NCBI GenBank assembly: GCA_017615595.1
Contig: JAFZZT010000046.1
Span: 4,746-68,745 of the forward strand
Source: Bacteroidales bacterium
GTDB taxonomy: Bacteria; Bacteroidota; Bacteroidia; Bacteroidales; WCHB1-69
Reading direction: 5' to 3'
DNA: 64,000 bases
The translations under genes and the position numbers were made by a program. Below are positions 9,259 through 18,829 of this stretch, piece by piece; within the stretch, counting starts at the first letter, position 1, and each line of letters begins with the position of its first letter. A model generated the notes under the pieces. The model ran no database searches, was not told the DNA's origin, and saw only the letters and a list, made by a program, of their open reading frames with translations.

Positions 9259-10134
9259 ATGAACATAGACAAACTTTTTGACGCTGTCGCCGAAAAGGGG
9301 CACGTCTGTGTCGGTCTGGACACCGACTATGGTTATCTGCCGGCTGCGATGGCAGCCCGTTATCCAGATACCTCAGAGGGCCTTTTCCAGTTCAACAAGG
9401 CCATCATAGACGCCACCCTGGACGTGGCGGCGTGCTACAAGGTCCAGATCGCCTATTATGAGTCCTACGGCATCAAGGGATTGATGGCGTATGCGCGCAC
9501 CCTGTCGTACCTGCGCCAGCGCGGGGCCATCTCCATTGCCGACATCAAGCGGGGCGACATCGCCAAGACTGCCGAGATGTATGCCAAGGCCCACTTCGCC
9601 GGCGAATTCGAGGCCGACTTCATCACGCTCAATCCCTACATGGGCTTGGACAGTCTGTCGCCCTATCTGCCCTATCTCAAAGAGCAGGGCAAAGGCGTCT
9701 TCGTGTTGATCCGCACCTCCAACGAAGGAGCTAAAGACATCGAATACTTGCCTCTTGAAGATGGACGGCGGGTGTATCATGCGGTTGGCGAAAAGCTGAA
9801 CACTATGGGCAAGGAGTTTCTTGGCCATTGCGGCTATTCCGCCATCGGTGGCGTGATGGGTTGCACGCATGCAGACGAGGCGGCAGAGATCCGTTCGCTG
9901 CTGGACTCGACCTTCTTCCTGATTCCGGGCTACGGCGCCCAGGGTGGCAAGGCTGAGGACATCGCCAAGTATCTGAAACAGGGCAACGGCGGCGTGGTCA
10001 ACTCCTCCCGCGGCATCCTGCTGGCCTACCGCAAACAGGAACACGGCGAAGAGGACTTTGCGGGTTGCGCCCGCGCCGAGGCCATCCGCATGCGCGACGA
10101 CATCCTGAACGCCGTCCGCTCGCAAGGACTCTGA
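9259..10134 (+). CDS. pyrF: orotidine-5'-phosphate decarboxylase (type 2)
   Basis: 291 aa. Has VCVGLDTD, IADIKRGDI and FITLNPYMG blocks. Lies directly upstream of pyrK/pyrD. Confidence 0.85.
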   Translation: MNIDKLFDAVAEKGHVCVGLDTDYGYLPAAMAARYPDTSEGLFQFNKAIIDATLDVAACYKVQIAYYESYGIKGLMAYARTLSYLRQRGAISIADIKRGDIAKTAEMYAKAHFAGEFEADFITLNPYMGLDSLSPYLPYLKEQGKGVFVLIRTSNEGAKDIEYLPLEDGRRVYHAVGEKLNTMGKEFLGHCGYSAIGGVMGCTHADEAAEIRSLLDSTFFLIPGYGAQGGKAEDIAKYLKQGNGGVVNSSRGILLAYRKQEHGEEDFAGCARAEAIRMRDDILNAVRSQGL

Positions 10135-10135
10135 C

Positions 10136-10930
10136 ATGGACTATGCAGGGACGCATCTTGCGCCCCTGCCACAATTGATAACAAACGTGAAATATTTTCA
10201 ATCCACCGTACTATCCAACATACAGCTCACCGATGACATCTTTGTCGTGCAGGTAGTCCGCCATGGCGCTCCGGTCTCGGCCGGACAGTTCTTCATGTTG
10301 AAATGCTGGGACAAAGAGCTGACTTTGATGCGTCCCATCAGTGTCTATCAGGCCACCGAAGAGACCTTGTCCTTCATGTATCGCGTAGTCGGCGAGGGCA
10401 CCCGCAGATTGTCACAACTCCAAAAGGGAGACGCCATCTCGCTGTTGGGAGGTCTGGGCAACGGCTACCCGCTCGACCAGCTTCACGGACATATTGCCGT
10501 TGTGGGCGGAGGTGTGGGCATTCCCCCACTCTCCCTGACTGCCCGGATGCTCCAGGCGCAAGGAGAGACCGTGGACGCATACCTGGGCTACCGCGACCAG
10601 CTCTTCGCCATCGAGGCTTTTGAGCCCTACTGCCGCGACATCTTCGTCTCCTCCGAGCATGGACCGGAAGGCTATCGGGGCTTCATCACCGACCTGCTGA
10701 AAGCGGAGCAGTACGACGCTGTGCTCACCTGCGGTCCGGAAGTGATGATGCGCAAGGTGGCCCAGCTATGTGCTGAGAAGCAGGTTACCTGCTGGTGTTC
10801 CATGGAGCATCGCATGGCCTGCGGTATCGGCGCCTGTCTCGGCTGCAGCATCCCCACCTCCGAAGGCATGAAACGGGTCTGTAAAGACGGCCCTATCTTT
10901 TTATCCACCCATCTGTTTCAAGAAGTATAA
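10136..10930 (+). CDS. pyrK: dihydroorotate dehydrogenase electron-transfer subunit
   Basis: FAD/NAD-binding fold plus the C-terminal 2Fe-2S motif MACGIGACLGCS...CKDGP. Starts 2 nt after the pyrF stop. Confidence 0.85.
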   Translation: MDYAGTHLAPLPQLITNVKYFQSTVLSNIQLTDDIFVVQVVRHGAPVSAGQFFMLKCWDKELTLMRPISVYQATEETLSFMYRVVGEGTRRLSQLQKGDAISLLGGLGNGYPLDQLHGHIAVVGGGVGIPPLSLTARMLQAQGETVDAYLGYRDQLFAIEAFEPYCRDIFVSSEHGPEGYRGFITDLLKAEQYDAVLTCGPEVMMRKVAQLCAEKQVTCWCSMEHRMACGIGACLGCSIPTSEGMKRVCKDGPIFLSTHLFQEV

Positions 10931-10932
10931 CC

Positions 10933-11835
10933 ATGGCAAATCTGCAGACCACCGTCAACGGGATAACATTCAAGAACCCTATCATCGCCGCCTCCGGCAC
11001 CTTCGGGTTTGGGGAAGAGTACAACCAGCTGTTTGATGTCAACTGCTTAGGCGGCATCAGTTCCAAAGGACTCACACTGAAGCCCAAGGACGGCAACCTA
11101 GGCATCCGCGTCTATGAGACTCCTTCCGGCATGATGAACAGTGTCGGCTTGCAGAACCCGGGTATCGAGGCTTTTATCGAACATTACATCCCGGTGATGC
11201 GGCAGTGGGACACCGTCTTGATCGCCAACATGGGCGGGCACAGCATGGACGACTACGTGACTGGTGCGGAGATGCTCTCCCGTGCCGACATCGACATGCT
11301 GGAGCTCAACATCTCCTGTCCCAATGTCAAGAGCGGGGGCATGGCCTTCGGCATCAAAGCGGATGTGGCCGCCGAAGTGGTCACTGCCGTGCGCAAGGTA
11401 TGCCGGAAGCCATTGATTGTCAAGCTCTCGCCCAACGCCGAGAACATCGTGGAGATGGCCCAGGCGTGCGAGGCTGCAGGGGCTGATTCTTTGTCATTGG
11501 TCAACACCTTCCAGGCCATGGCCATCGACATCCATCGGCGGAAGCCCATTTTCAACAATGTCTATGCCGGCCTCTCCGGTGCGGCCATCCGCCCCATCGC
11601 CCTGCGGATGGTGCATTCCGTTGCCAAAGCGGTCCAGATCCCCGTCATCGGCTTAGGCGGCATCACCAGCGCCGAGGATGTGCTGGCCTTTATGATGGCC
11701 GGCGCCTCCGCCGTGCAGATCGGCACCGTCAACTTCACCACGCCCGATGCAGGAAAAATCATTGTGGAAGAGCTCAACGCCCTCTGCGAACGAGAGCATA
11801 TCGAGAACATCCAGGATGTTGTGGGAGTCATCTGA
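10933..11835 (+). CDS. pyrD: dihydroorotate dehydrogenase B catalytic subunit
   Basis: Blocks NPIIAASGTFGFG, NISCPNV, LSPN and GLSG. 300 aa. Confidence 0.9.
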   Translation: MANLQTTVNGITFKNPIIAASGTFGFGEEYNQLFDVNCLGGISSKGLTLKPKDGNLGIRVYETPSGMMNSVGLQNPGIEAFIEHYIPVMRQWDTVLIANMGGHSMDDYVTGAEMLSRADIDMLELNISCPNVKSGGMAFGIKADVAAEVVTAVRKVCRKPLIVKLSPNAENIVEMAQACEAAGADSLSLVNTFQAMAIDIHRRKPIFNNVYAGLSGAAIRPIALRMVHSVAKAVQIPVIGLGGITSAEDVLAFMMAGASAVQIGTVNFTTPDAGKIIVEELNALCEREHIENIQDVVGVI

Positions 11836-11844
11836 TCCCACCCA

Positions 11845-12813
11845 TTACTCCTTCTCATAGACCCCAAAGACAAAATCACTGGGGTTCTTCCGCAGATAGT
11901 CATCTTCCAGACGAAAGAGCATCTCCAGCTGCGCTGATGTCTTCTCATCCTCCAACAGGAAGTGATGGGCTATGTCTTTCAGCAAAGGCATCAGCAAATT
12001 GCCGCCATAACCCTTTTCTTCCACAACCGTGAACCTACGATGTATCTCCGGCAAAATACGCTCCGAATCCACACATTCAGATGGATCAGACAAGCGCATG
12101 CGCAAGAGCCCTGAACCATAATATCGGTTCTTTTGAAGTTTCGTCTTGTAAATGGCCTTATAGGACGGCTCCAGTCTCGACAGACCTTCGTTGATGGCAG
12201 CAAGCTGTCCCTTGCCGTATTGCATCCTGTCGGGGCCCACATATTCATTGATCACCAGCTTGCCGTGGGGCTTCAAGACATTCCACATCCTGGCGACAAA
12301 CTGGTCCATCGGTTTGAAATGATGCAACGACTGGTGAAAGAAAACGATATCGTAGGTCTCTTCAGGTATTTCGTAGGAGTAGATGTCCTCCGGCAGAAAA
12401 TGCATATTCTTCAACCCGTAGTTGCCTGCTTGGCGCGAGGCTTCTGCCAAAAGATTTTCGGAAAAATCGACACAGGTGATGTCCCAATCTGGGTTCAGTT
12501 GTGCCAGCATCAATTCATGGCTACAGACGCCGGACCCGATGGAGAGCATCTTCACACCATAATCAGGAAAGGAGAATTGGGTGGAAAAGTATGACTCATA
12601 CCCCGAGCTTTCATCTCCTGTAATGAGCTTGTTCCAACGTTTCCGCACAGCGGGCACCTGCGACCAATCGCTCGCGGGAATCTCGGTATCATTAAAACTG
12701 CTCTTCGTTCTCTTGGACGATGAGAAAGAGAACTTGCTCATCAAGAACGGGAGACCGCGCTGTGCTGATTTGATGTAAACATCTCTAATATCTTCAAGCG
12801 AAACGACACGCAT
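11845..12813 (-). CDS. class I SAM-dependent methyltransferase
   Basis: Motif I-like MLSIGSGVCSHEL and a DIVFFHQSLHH block. The ORF track start (12840) is a TTG, so I prefer the in-frame ATG at 12813. The start remains uncertain. Confidence 0.65.
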   Translation of the reverse strand: MRVVSLEDIRDVYIKSAQRGLPFLMSKFSFSSSKRTKSSFNDTEIPASDWSQVPAVRKRWNKLITGDESSGYESYFSTQFSFPDYGVKMLSIGSGVCSHELMLAQLNPDWDITCVDFSENLLAEASRQAGNYGLKNMHFLPEDIYSYEIPEETYDIVFFHQSLHHFKPMDQFVARMWNVLKPHGKLVINEYVGPDRMQYGKGQLAAINEGLSRLEPSYKAIYKTKLQKNRYYGSGLLRMRLSDPSECVDSERILPEIHRRFTVVEEKGYGGNLLMPLLKDIAHHFLLEDEKTSAQLEMLFRLEDDYLRKNPSDFVFGVYEKE

Positions 12814-12978
12814 TTTGAACAATGGGGTTTGAAAATGCAAAGGTACTATTTTTAGCGGATATTCAAAAAATGTGTACCTTTGTGGCCTGAAAAGAACGGG
12901 GTGATCGGAGGACGGCGCGCGCTATCGGGGATAAGTCACCCAGAAACATAGCGATTATTTAACACAATCATACTGACA

Positions 12979-13461
12979 ATGAAAACCTTAGAACTCACTT
13001 CCAAAGTATTTGAATATGAGCGGGAAGAGCTTCCGCACGACGTGGCCATGTTGTTAGCCAAGGCTGAAGAGGCGGCCACCAGAGCTTACTCCCCCTACTC
13101 CCGCTTCCAGGTAGGTGCTGCCATCTTGCTGAACAACGGCGAGATCGTCACGGGCAGCAACCAAGAGAACGCCGTCTATCCCTGCGGTCTCTGTGCCGAA
13201 CGCACCACGGCCTTTGCCGCCTCCGCGAAATACCCGGAAGTGCCCTTCTCCAAGATCGCCATCACCGCCATCAACCCGGACGAGCCTCTGGCCATTCCGG
13301 TGTCGCCCTGCGGAAGCTGCCGGCAAGTGCTGTATGAATATGAGCAGAAATTCCAACAACCCATTGAGGTCATCCTCTCCGGGCAGACAGGACCCATCTA
13401 CATCTTCCATTGTGTAGCAGACCTCTTGCCCTACACTTTCCACGCAGGCTTCCTGCCTTAG
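12979..13461 (+). CDS. cdd: cytidine deaminase
   Basis: Zinc motifs CGLCAER and PCGSCRQVL. 160 aa. Confidence 0.9.
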   Translation: MKTLELTSKVFEYEREELPHDVAMLLAKAEEAATRAYSPYSRFQVGAAILLNNGEIVTGSNQENAVYPCGLCAERTTAFAASAKYPEVPFSKIAITAINPDEPLAIPVSPCGSCRQVLYEYEQKFQQPIEVILSGQTGPIYIFHCVADLLPYTFHAGFLP

Positions 13462-15194
13462 GATTTCTGAAACTGGTCTTTGGCCTTCAGATTCTTCATA
13501 AACGCAGACTCAATAAACGAGAACCTGCGCAAGGTGTTATTGGAGAACACCATAAACACAATCACCAATAACGTGATCAGGATGATAACCCACTTGGTAT
13601 AGCTGAAGAACTTCACCAAGATGGAGAAGACAAAGAATCCGGCAATGATAAAACGCAAGATGGTCCAGACGGTGATCACCACCACATTACCCTTGTTGAG
13701 CTTAACCAGCTCCATGTAGAGTTCCCGCGTCTTCTGGTTGTTATAGACAATACCATAGAGAAATGGCGTCATCACCAGCAGAACGCCGGCCGCAAACAGC
13801 AGATTGTACCACCATTTTGGAATCTTCTGCAACAGTTCTATCTTCCCAACGAATGGAACCAGATAGTTGAAAATGACAAACAGCAGCGCAACACTGACCA
13901 CCGAGAAAATCAACACTCGGGGCAACGTGCTGGAGATGATGCTCTTCCAATCCTTTTTGCCAGACTCATTACCCAGAAGAGAGTACTCGTCGAGACGAGA
14001 CTTGAGACTGGGCGACATCTTTCTATCCAAGAACTCATACATCGGCTTACCGGCACGAATCCAATAGGGTGTGGTGAAGGTCGTGATGACAGAAGCGGCG
14101 ATGATGACCGGATAGATATAGGATGGCATCACCCCTTGGGCGACACCCACGGACGCGATGATGAAGGCGAACTCACCAATCTGGGAGAGCGTGAAGCCCG
14201 TCTTGACAGAGTCCTCCAGGTTGGCCCCCGCCAGCACCGCAGAGAGTGTGGAGATAAAGGCTTTGACAATCAGCGTGATGAGCACCAACGACAATACCAG
14301 CTTCCAATATTGCTGCAACACAGACGGATCGATCATCATACCGACAGAGACGAAGAAAATGGCGCTGAAGAGGTCTTTGATGCTCTTGGTAAGTTCTTCA
14401 ATACGATGGCTCTCCACCGTTTCCGAGAGAATGGAACCTATGACGAAGGCACCGAGAGCGGAAGAGAAGCCCACCTTGTTGGCGATGATCACCATGCCGA
14501 AACAGAGTCCGATGGAGATGATCAGCAGGTTCTCGTCGTTGATATATTTCTTGGCGGCTCTAAAGAAGGAAGGGATCACATAGATGCCGATGACAAACCA
14601 GAGGATAAGGAAGAAGACCAGCTTGACGATGCTCATCACCATCTCTTTGCCGGGGGAGGCGTTCTTACTGGCGGCCACGGTGGACATCAAGACCATCATG
14701 ACCACGGCCACGATATCCTGGATGATCAGCACCACCATGGTGAGGTCGGCGAAGGACTCCCCTTTCAGCTTGAGGTCATCGAACGCTTTGATGATGATGG
14801 CGGTGGACGACATCGACAGCATGCCGCCGAGGAAGATGCTCTGCATGATATCCCAGTCCATGATCAGGCCGAGCAGCACGCCCACGCCCATCATGCCGAG
14901 GATGCCGACAAAGGCTGTCACAAAGGCTTTGCTGCCCACGGAGAAAAGCTTTCGGAAGCTGAATTCCAGGCCCAGTCCGAACATCATGAAGATGATACCG
15001 ATCTCGGACCAGACCTCCACATCGGCCACATCGGTGACGGTAGGAAAGATGTTCAGGTGCGGTCCTACGAGAAAACCGGCCACGAGATAACCGAGTACCA
15101 AGGGTTGTTTGAGGAGTTTGAATATGATCGTGACGACGCCTGCGGAAATAAGGATCAGGGCGAGGTCGGATACGAGACGAAGGTTTTCAGACAT
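13458..15194 (-). CDS. cation:proton antiporter (CPA2/Kef-type, no KTN domain)
   Basis: 578 aa polytopic protein. N-terminus LILISAGVVTIIFKLLKQPLVLGYLVAGFLVGP is typical of the Na_H_Exchanger family. Its stop overlaps the cdd stop (convergent genes). Confidence 0.8.
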   Translation of the reverse strand: MSENLRLVSDLALILISAGVVTIIFKLLKQPLVLGYLVAGFLVGPHLNIFPTVTDVADVEVWSEIGIIFMMFGLGLEFSFRKLFSVGSKAFVTAFVGILGMMGVGVLLGLIMDWDIMQSIFLGGMLSMSSTAIIIKAFDDLKLKGESFADLTMVVLIIQDIVAVVMMVLMSTVAASKNASPGKEMVMSIVKLVFFLILWFVIGIYVIPSFFRAAKKYINDENLLIISIGLCFGMVIIANKVGFSSALGAFVIGSILSETVESHRIEELTKSIKDLFSAIFFVSVGMMIDPSVLQQYWKLVLSLVLITLIVKAFISTLSAVLAGANLEDSVKTGFTLSQIGEFAFIIASVGVAQGVMPSYIYPVIIAASVITTFTTPYWIRAGKPMYEFLDRKMSPSLKSRLDEYSLLGNESGKKDWKSIISSTLPRVLIFSVVSVALLFVIFNYLVPFVGKIELLQKIPKWWYNLLFAAGVLLVMTPFLYGIVYNNQKTRELYMELVKLNKGNVVVITVWTILRFIIAGFFVFSILVKFFSYTKWVIILITLLVIVFMVFSNNTLRRFSFIESAFMKNLKAKDQFQKS

Positions 15195-15206
15195 GTTATT
15201 TGTAGT

Positions 15207-16001
15207 TTACACTCTATTTAACAAACACAACACAATGGCTCCAGCGACGATGGCTAAACCAAAGCTAAGCAAGGTGCCGACCAATACATATTCAGACTTA
15301 TTCGTGGCACTATCTTTAAAACGCAGGAGCGATTTCGCAGCCAGCAGGAAGCCGATGGCTTCAAACTGACCAAAGAACATAAAGATCAAGGTAAGCAATC
15401 GCTCCACATCGCCAATCACATGCCCTGCATTAGGCAGATCTTGAGACGATTCCGACGAATCGGCATCGTTCCCCTCCGGTGAAATCTCTCCAACCTCATG
15501 GTCATGTGGACACTTGATTTGGGCATTGGCCAGGATTGCACCAATGATAATATTGGCCGGACGCAAACAAAAAGCAAACGCCGTGATCCAGAGCAAGGTG
15601 GAGTTCGATATCATATTGAGCGGGGTGACCAGACCGTCGTCAAAGAAAGGAACTTTATATTTCACCGTACTACCGAACCAAGCGACCACCGCACAAATGA
15701 CCACCAAGTGTAACAATTGGTCGATAAAAAATACCCAAGGGATATTTTTGAAGTGAGACTTCAATCCGTCAATAACGCCATGCAGCACCGCAATGACCAT
15801 GGAGGCCCACCAGAAATCAAAGGTGTAGGGATACAACAATGACAGCATCCAAGAGAAGAAGAACGTGATGGCCACATGCACGTACAAGTGGGGCGACTGA
15901 AATCCACTTTTAGCCTTATCTTGGCAGGATTTACCTGTCTGTAGATAAAAATCGCTGATAATATGGGCCAGAATCTGTAATATGAGAAGTTTAGTCATCA
16001 T
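15207..16001 (-). CDS. DUF3307 (SatE-like) polytopic membrane protein
   Basis: 264 aa. Motifs AHIISDFYLQT, LHGVIDGLKSH and IDQLLH. Overlaps the upstream SatD-like gene by 11 nt and lies 12 nt upstream of the antiporter. Confidence 0.65.
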   Translation of the reverse strand: MMTKLLILQILAHIISDFYLQTGKSCQDKAKSGFQSPHLYVHVAITFFFSWMLSLLYPYTFDFWWASMVIAVLHGVIDGLKSHFKNIPWVFFIDQLLHLVVICAVVAWFGSTVKYKVPFFDDGLVTPLNMISNSTLLWITAFAFCLRPANIIIGAILANAQIKCPHDHEVGEISPEGNDADSSESSQDLPNAGHVIGDVERLLTLIFMFFGQFEAIGFLLAAKSLLRFKDSATNKSEYVLVGTLLSFGLAIVAGAIVLCLLNRV

Positions 16002-16698
16002 TTTTAAAGTTTAGCGATTCATAATAGAGCACCGTCTGTTCCAACGCATTCCAGCCGACAGCCGTACTATGCTGGTTTACCGCCGATTGCTTGATATGCA
16101 GGATTTCAGCTATCTCCAGTTCTGTTTTTCCGGAGAGTTTATGATATAAGACCTCGCACTGACGGGCATTCGCCTTTCGAAGCAAAACGTCCATAAGGCC
16201 CAGCAGCACATTCATCTGTTGGGTCAAGGAGTCGTCATGCGCTTTGAAGAAGAGCGTATTCTTCACCACCGCCCGACCTTTTTGGGAGGTCCCCTGGTAT
16301 TCCATCAGACGTCCGGCGTAGTATATGGCCTCGCCATCCAGCATATCACGCTCTTTGTCAGCGACGGTCATTTCGCCCAGGCCTATGGCTATTCGGATGC
16401 CATATTTCTGGAAAAGGCTTCTTTTATTCTTCAATTCGGGAGTTCCTTCCACCGCATCATTCAAAGGCATCTGTTTCACCAGGGTCTTCAACCTCAAGGC
16501 TGTACGCAGAACCTTGTGCGGGTCGGACAAGAAAATCTCCACGGCGTCTCCTTTGACAATCCTACCCCATTGTATGGTCGTTTTGTCATTTTCGAGTTCA
16601 CTCAAGAAATGGCGAATGCGCTGGTTCAGCACACTCTTCTCCTCCAAGGACAAGGAGGAAGAGGAGACGATATCTGCCGAGATAGCTGCTTGTATCAT
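15991..16698 (-). CDS. SatD-like regulator: nucleotidyl-cyclase-like N-domain plus sigma70-region-4/LuxR-type HTH
   Basis: 235 aa. ISADIVSSS, KGDAVEIFL and IRIAIGLGEM resemble class III cyclase-fold landmarks. C-terminal HTH is CEVLYHKLSGKTELEIAEILHIKQSAVNQH. The pairing with DUF3307 is the known SatD/SatE gene pair. Confidence 0.55.
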   Translation of the reverse strand: MIQAAISADIVSSSSLSLEEKSVLNQRIRHFLSELENDKTTIQWGRIVKGDAVEIFLSDPHKVLRTALRLKTLVKQMPLNDAVEGTPELKNKRSLFQKYGIRIAIGLGEMTVADKERDMLDGEAIYYAGRLMEYQGTSQKGRAVVKNTLFFKAHDDSLTQQMNVLLGLMDVLLRKANARQCEVLYHKLSGKTELEIAEILHIKQSAVNQHSTAVGWNALEQTVLYYESLNFKNDD

Positions 16699-16715
16699 GA
16701 TAAATATTTTGGGTG

Positions 16716-16723
16716 CAAATATA
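16716..16723 (-). promoter_or_regulatory. -7 box (TATATTTG) of the SatD-like operon promoter
   Basis: The rc of 16716-16723 is TATATTTG, matching the Bacteroides TAnnTTTG consensus, 18 nt upstream of the ATG at 16698. Confidence 0.55.
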
Positions 16724-16729
16724 CATTTT

Positions 16730-16809
16730 TTATAAGCAAATACACTTATAAAAACAATTTATAAGTAAAAAAGCTTATAAAACACATTTATAAGCAATTA
16801 CACTTATAA
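16730..16809. promoter_or_regulatory. three phased palindromic operator-like sites, TTATAAG-N8-CTTATAA
   Basis: Perfect 7-bp inverted half-sites at 16730-16751, 16759-16780 and 16788-16809, with a start-to-start period of exactly 29 bp. Site 1 covers the expected -33 region of the SatD-like promoter. Site 3 overlaps the galE stop codon. Confidence 0.6.
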
Positions 16810-17856
16810 ATTACATCCATGAGAAGATTCGGAATCCAGATATTGCTCCCATTTCCAGGCGCTCTCCATCATATCATGCACATTATAGCGGCAGTGCCAA
16901 TGAAGGAGGGTATTGGCGCGGGAGCTGTCGCCGTAGATGGCGGGGATGTCGCCAGCGCGGCGGCCGCCGATCTCGTAGTTGAGCTTATGGCCGACAACCT
17001 CCTCGGCGGCCGCCAGCATCTCCATCACAGAGACGCCGTTGCCGCTGCCCAGGTTGAAGACCTCGCACTGTTGCTCATTGCGGTGCTCAAGCAGGTAGTC
17101 CATTGCCTTGACATGTGCGTCAGCGATGTCGGAGACATGCAGATAGTCACGAATGCAGGAGCCGTCGCGGGTGTCGTAATCGGTGCCAAAGACCTGCATA
17201 GAGGGCTGTTTGCCGGAGGCCACCCGCATGATGATGGGCACCAAGTTGTTGGGCTTGTCGGGCGAGAGTTCGCCATTCATGCCGGACACGTGCGCCCCTA
17301 CGGGGTTGAAATAGCGGAGGATGAGCGCGTTCATATCGGGGTTGGGCACCATCATATTGCGGATCATCTCCTCCCCTATCTGCTTGGTGTGGGCATACGG
17401 GCAGAAGGCCTGCCCCATGGGGGTATCCTCGCTGACAGGCAGATTCTTGACTTCGCCATATACCGAGCAGGATGAAGAGAAGATCAACGCACGGACATCA
17501 AAGCGCTGGCAGGCCTCCAAGACATTGGCCAGCGCGCCCAAGTTGTTACGATAATACATCAGCGGCTGCTCCACCGACTCGCCGACTGCTTTGTAAGCCG
17601 CAAAGTGGATGATGCCTTCAATGCCGGGATTCTCTTCAAAAACACGGAAGAAAGCCTCTTTGTCACAAATATCCACACGACAGTTCTTCACCTTGACCCC
17701 CGTGATACGCTCCACCCTGGCCATCGTTTCCGGAGTGCTTCGCACATTGTTATCCACAGAGATCACTTCATATCGGCCACTTTGTATCAGTTCGATGATG
17801 GTGTGGGAGCCAATATAGCCACAACCGCCTGTTACCATTATCTTTTTCATGTCCAT
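16804..17856 (-). CDS. galE: UDP-glucose 4-epimerase
   Basis: Has VTGGCGYIGSH, a YAHTK (YxxxK) motif and an SDR extended family layout. 350 aa. Confidence 0.9.
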   Translation of the reverse strand: MDMKKIMVTGGCGYIGSHTIIELIQSGRYEVISVDNNVRSTPETMARVERITGVKVKNCRVDICDKEAFFRVFEENPGIEGIIHFAAYKAVGESVEQPLMYYRNNLGALANVLEACQRFDVRALIFSSSCSVYGEVKNLPVSEDTPMGQAFCPYAHTKQIGEEMIRNMMVPNPDMNALILRYFNPVGAHVSGMNGELSPDKPNNLVPIIMRVASGKQPSMQVFGTDYDTRDGSCIRDYLHVSDIADAHVKAMDYLLEHRNEQQCEVFNLGSGNGVSVMEMLAAAEEVVGHKLNYEIGGRRAGDIPAIYGDSSRANTLLHWHCRYNVHDMMESAWKWEQYLDSESSHGCNL

Positions 17857-17871
17857 GACATTCTTTAGTTT

Positions 17872-18678
17872 CTAATAATTGACTGTGATTTCGCCCACGC
17901 ACTTGCCTCGGTTGGTCATCTGGTAAATCCGGGTACCTACTACTAACATCGGCTCGGCGAGTTCCTTGTGGGAGTGTCCACCGATGATGATGTCTATGCC
18001 AGGCACGAGGCGGGCGATGTCGGTGTCGCTTATCTGTCCTTCTATGAGTCCAAGATGCGAGAGGCAGATGATCATATCACAGCCTTTCTCTTGCAGCTTG
18101 GCCACCACGAGATTGCCCTTGACCACGGGATCCTGATAGGAAACCTCCTGCGCAATCTCCGGCGACACCAGCGAGTTCAGATCTACCCCCAGACCGAAGA
18201 TACCGATTTTAAGGTCGCCCTTCTTGATGATCACATAGTCTTTTACTGCGCGTCTCAGGGCTTTGTTGTGAAACAGGTAGTTGCAGCACACCACGGGGAA
18301 TTTGGCCTTGCGGATGCGCTTGGCCAACTCAGCGGAGCCATTGTCGAACTCATGGTTGCCCAGCGTGGCGGCATCATAGCCCATCTGGTTCATCAGGGTG
18401 ATCTCCATATAGCCTTTGAAAAAATTGAAATAGGGCGTTCCTTGGGAGAAGTCGCCGGCATCCAGCAACAACACGTTGGGATGGTTCTGGCGCACCTCGT
18501 TGATGTAGGCGTCACGGCGGAGAACGCCACCCACATTGGTGTCGGCCTTATAGGTATAGGGCTCTATCTGGCTATGGGTGTCGTTGGTATGCAGGATGAC
18601 CAACTCACGATTCTGCGCATCCACGTTCATGAAGAGCGCGCAGAGAATGATTATCAGCGTGTATCTGAGAATATTCAT
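17872..18678 (-). CDS. metallophosphoesterase (5'-nucleotidase/UshA N-terminal-type), secreted
   Basis: Start moved to the ATG at 18678 (MNILRYTLIIILCALFMNVDAQ is a signal peptide). Motifs HTNDTH, DAGDFSQGT, GNHEFD and GGHSH. Confidence 0.8.
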   Translation of the reverse strand: MNILRYTLIIILCALFMNVDAQNRELVILHTNDTHSQIEPYTYKADTNVGGVLRRDAYINEVRQNHPNVLLLDAGDFSQGTPYFNFFKGYMEITLMNQMGYDAATLGNHEFDNGSAELAKRIRKAKFPVVCCNYLFHNKALRRAVKDYVIIKKGDLKIGIFGLGVDLNSLVSPEIAQEVSYQDPVVKGNLVVAKLQEKGCDMIICLSHLGLIEGQISDTDIARLVPGIDIIIGGHSHKELAEPMLVVGTRIYQMTNRGKCVGEITVNY

Positions 18679-18829
18679 AATCACAATAAAAAGCCTGCAA
18701 AGGTACATAAAATTCCAATAAGACGGACAAATTAAATCCCATGGAGAAACGGAAGGACAGGGCACAAAAAAAGCAGAGCTTGGACTCTGCTTTTTCTCGT
18801 CAAAAAATTATTACTATATGGTATAGGGG

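Noticed and set aside
12880-12978. Possible structured 5' leader or riboswitch upstream of cdd (gggtga...tcaccc and cgctat...atagcg pairings after a TACCTTTG box)
   Set aside because: The stems are short (6 bp) and found by eye only. There is no match to any riboswitch class I know, and no comparative support is available.
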